Below, piece after piece: positions 58,585 to 60,401 of a DNA stretch of 60,401 nucleotides. Within the stretch, counting starts at the first letter, position 1. Each line of letters begins with the position of its first letter. The notes beneath the pieces are model-generated. The model ran no database searches and was not told where the DNA came from. It worked only from the letters and a program-made list of their open reading frames with translations. The stretch comes from an uncultured Verrucomicrobiota bacterium (lineage in GTDB: Bacteria; Verrucomicrobiota; Verrucomicrobiia; Limisphaerales; UBA9464): contig CAILNN010000247.1 in assembly GCA_903835555.1 (NCBI GenBank), positions 1 through 60,401 on the forward strand, read 5' to 3'. The position numbers and the translations under genes were made by a program.

Positions 58585-59805
58585 GTGAGCTCCTCGGCAA
58601 GACAATACTTTGATCGGTTTCTCCTCCGCTTTCGGCGGGTTACCACGGCGGGGAATTATATTCCCGAAGTCGATGGGGTTCGATGCGTCGCGATTTTAAT
58701 GGTGATCGCGCAGCACCTGCACGAACGCGTCATCCGTCGGTACACCGGAGACCATGCCCTGGTCGAATCAACATTCCTCCATCGCTTGTTGAGCAAGGGC
58801 GGGATGGGAGTCATGATCTTTTTCGCCCTCAGCGGATTTATTTTGTATCAGTTGCTCTCCCGGCCCCTGCTGCAGGGAAAACCCCTTAATTTACGAGCGT
58901 ATTTTTGGCGACGGGTTACACGGCTCGAACCGCCCTATATCGTAATCACAACCGCGATCATGTTGTTTGTGACCACTCTGGGATACAATTCCGGTGGCAG
59001 CTTCCTTGGAAAGGGCGGAAATTCCGTTATCGGCAGCTATCTTGCGACGGTCACCTACACCCACACGTTGATTTATGGACGGCCTCCCAGTTTCAATCCA
59101 CCAGGGTGGTCTCTCGAAACCGAAGTTCAGTTCTATATTCTAGCTCCACTTCTGGTCGTGGTACTGCTTCGACTCTCCAGTGCCTGGTTTCGCCTATTCG
59201 TGGCATCACTTGTGACGTTTTCTTGGCCTTTCGCCATGGCGGGACTTTTGAGTCCAGAAATTCTGGATCGCTTTCCCACCAGTGTTCTCCATGCCTTTCC
59301 CTATTTCATGGCGGGTGTCCTGACCTGTGAATGGATGAGGGCCGTTCCATCCGCTCCTCGGTGGGCTTCATGGGCATTCGATGTCCTGGCGGTGGCATCC
59401 TACCTCAAACTCATGAATATCGTGTCCTTCCACCTCCCGTTGCTTCGCGGTATGGAGGAACCGTTGTTGCTCGTTCTCATCCTGCTGGGTGCTTTTCGCG
59501 GCAATATCATCAAATCTGCCCTCAGCATTCCATGGGTGGCAACCATTGGGGGTATGTGTTACACGATCTATCTTGTTCATCTTCCGGTGCTGGAGCTCCT
59601 GTGCGGAGTGACTGTCCGCCGGTTTGTCGGTTGGGATTACTGGTCTCTCCTGGCCGTTGAAGCCATTATCGGGCTGCCCGCAGTCCTGTTGGTGTCAGGA
59701 ATTGCCTTTCTTCTTCTCGAGCAGCCCTGCATGCGCAAGGATTGGCCCATCGAACTTTGGGACTCGATAAAACGACATCGGTCCATTCGTCGGACCGTGA
59801 CCTGA
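58585..59805 (+). CDS. acyltransferase family 3 (OafA-like)
   Basis: VDGVRCVAILMV, GVMIFFALSGF, RRVTRL, WSLETEVQFY, YTIYLVH. Confidence 0.92.
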   Translation: MSSSARQYFDRFLLRFRRVTTAGNYIPEVDGVRCVAILMVIAQHLHERVIRRYTGDHALVESTFLHRLLSKGGMGVMIFFALSGFILYQLLSRPLLQGKPLNLRAYFWRRVTRLEPPYIVITTAIMLFVTTLGYNSGGSFLGKGGNSVIGSYLATVTYTHTLIYGRPPSFNPPGWSLETEVQFYILAPLLVVVLLRLSSAWFRLFVASLVTFSWPFAMAGLLSPEILDRFPTSVLHAFPYFMAGVLTCEWMRAVPSAPRWASWAFDVLAVASYLKLMNIVSFHLPLLRGMEEPLLLVLILLGAFRGNIIKSALSIPWVATIGGMCYTIYLVHLPVLELLCGVTVRRFVGWDYWSLLAVEAIIGLPAVLLVSGIAFLLLEQPCMRKDWPIELWDSIKRHRSIRRTVT

Positions 59806-59889
59806 TGATTTTCCAAGTCCGGTTTCGATTCGAACTTCGAAGGTTCGGTTGCCGACCAGTTCCTAACTTCAGCCCAGATCTCCATCCTC

Positions 59890-60401
59890 ATGTCCACCAA
59901 AACCGCTCTTCTTGGCCACACGGGTTTCGTTGGGTCAAATATCCTGGCGCAACGTCGCTTTGATGCGGTCTATCATTCCAAGAACATTGGCGAGCTCGCC
60001 GGGCAAAACTTCGACGAAATCGTTTGCGCGGCTGTTTCCGCCGTCAAGTGGCAAGCCAATCGTGACCCGGCTGGAGACTGGCGCAGTATCCAACCACTCC
60101 TGGATGCGTTGTCTCAAGTGAAGGCAGATCGCTTTGTCCTTATATCGACAGTGGATGTCTACCCCAATCCAAGAGAGGTTTTCGAAGATTTGGATCTTTC
60201 AACCTTTCAAAACCACGCCTACGGAACCCACCGGCTCCGGGTGGAAGATTTTGTGAGGAAGACATTTAAAACCCATTACATTATTCGATTGCCCGGGCTA
60301 TTCGGCCCGGGTTTAAAAAAGAACGTTATTTTCGATCTTTTGAATAATCGCGAATTGGAGGTCATCAACCCGAAGAGCGCCTTCCAATACTATGATCTGG
60401 C
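59890..60401 (+). CDS. NAD-dependent epimerase/dehydratase family protein (3' truncated by the window end)
   Basis: Translated by hand: MSTKTALLGHTGFVGSN...ISTVDVY...YGTHR...IRLPGLFG; open to the window end. Confidence 0.85.
   Translation, partial: MSTKTALLGHTGFVGSNILAQRRFDAVYHSKNIGELAGQNFDEIVCAAVSAVKWQANRDPAGDWRSIQPLLDALSQVKADRFVLISTVDVYPNPREVFEDLDLSTFQNHAYGTHRLRVEDFVRKTFKTHYIIRLPGLFGPGLKKNVIFDLLNNRELEVINPKSAFQYYDL

Overview
60.4 kb of a GC-rich bacterial chromosome. Gene content (PVC-type CxxCH dehydrogenase, PEP-CTERM and EpsI proteins, a secreted protein ending in an FFRL-type domain, sulfatase) suggests a Verrucomicrobia/PVC organism, which is an inference. In order: GNAT acetyltransferase; a translationally coupled lexA - N6-adenine DNA methyltransferase - PD-(D/E)XK-like nuclease operon with a palindromic operator-like site; tandem double sulfatase; WecB/TagA glycosyltransferase; heme c/copper monooxygenase/TPR protein; rpmH-rnpA-yidD-yidC-jag; PEP-CTERM protein; PLP decarboxylase; heme-binding dehydrogenase; htrA - GldAFG-like ABC - DUF4340 - AsmA - thiG; a small decayed accessory patch at 31.5-35 kb (split protease, REP doublet, MITE, amber-interrupted gene); SDR, nifS/iscS, UDG; ECF sigma with VWA anti-sigma; TPP riboswitch-thiC; ADH/esterase; and a Wzx/Wzy polysaccharide locus running off the right end. 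Best candidates for new biology: (1) the LexA-headed methyltransferase plus separate nuclease cassette, a putative damage-inducible restriction/defence module; (2) a strong Thr-Asn dipeptide excess in several exported proteins, a possible lineage-specific modification sequon. No tRNA, rRNA, CRISPR array or intact transposase was seen. All calls are by eye, with no database searches.
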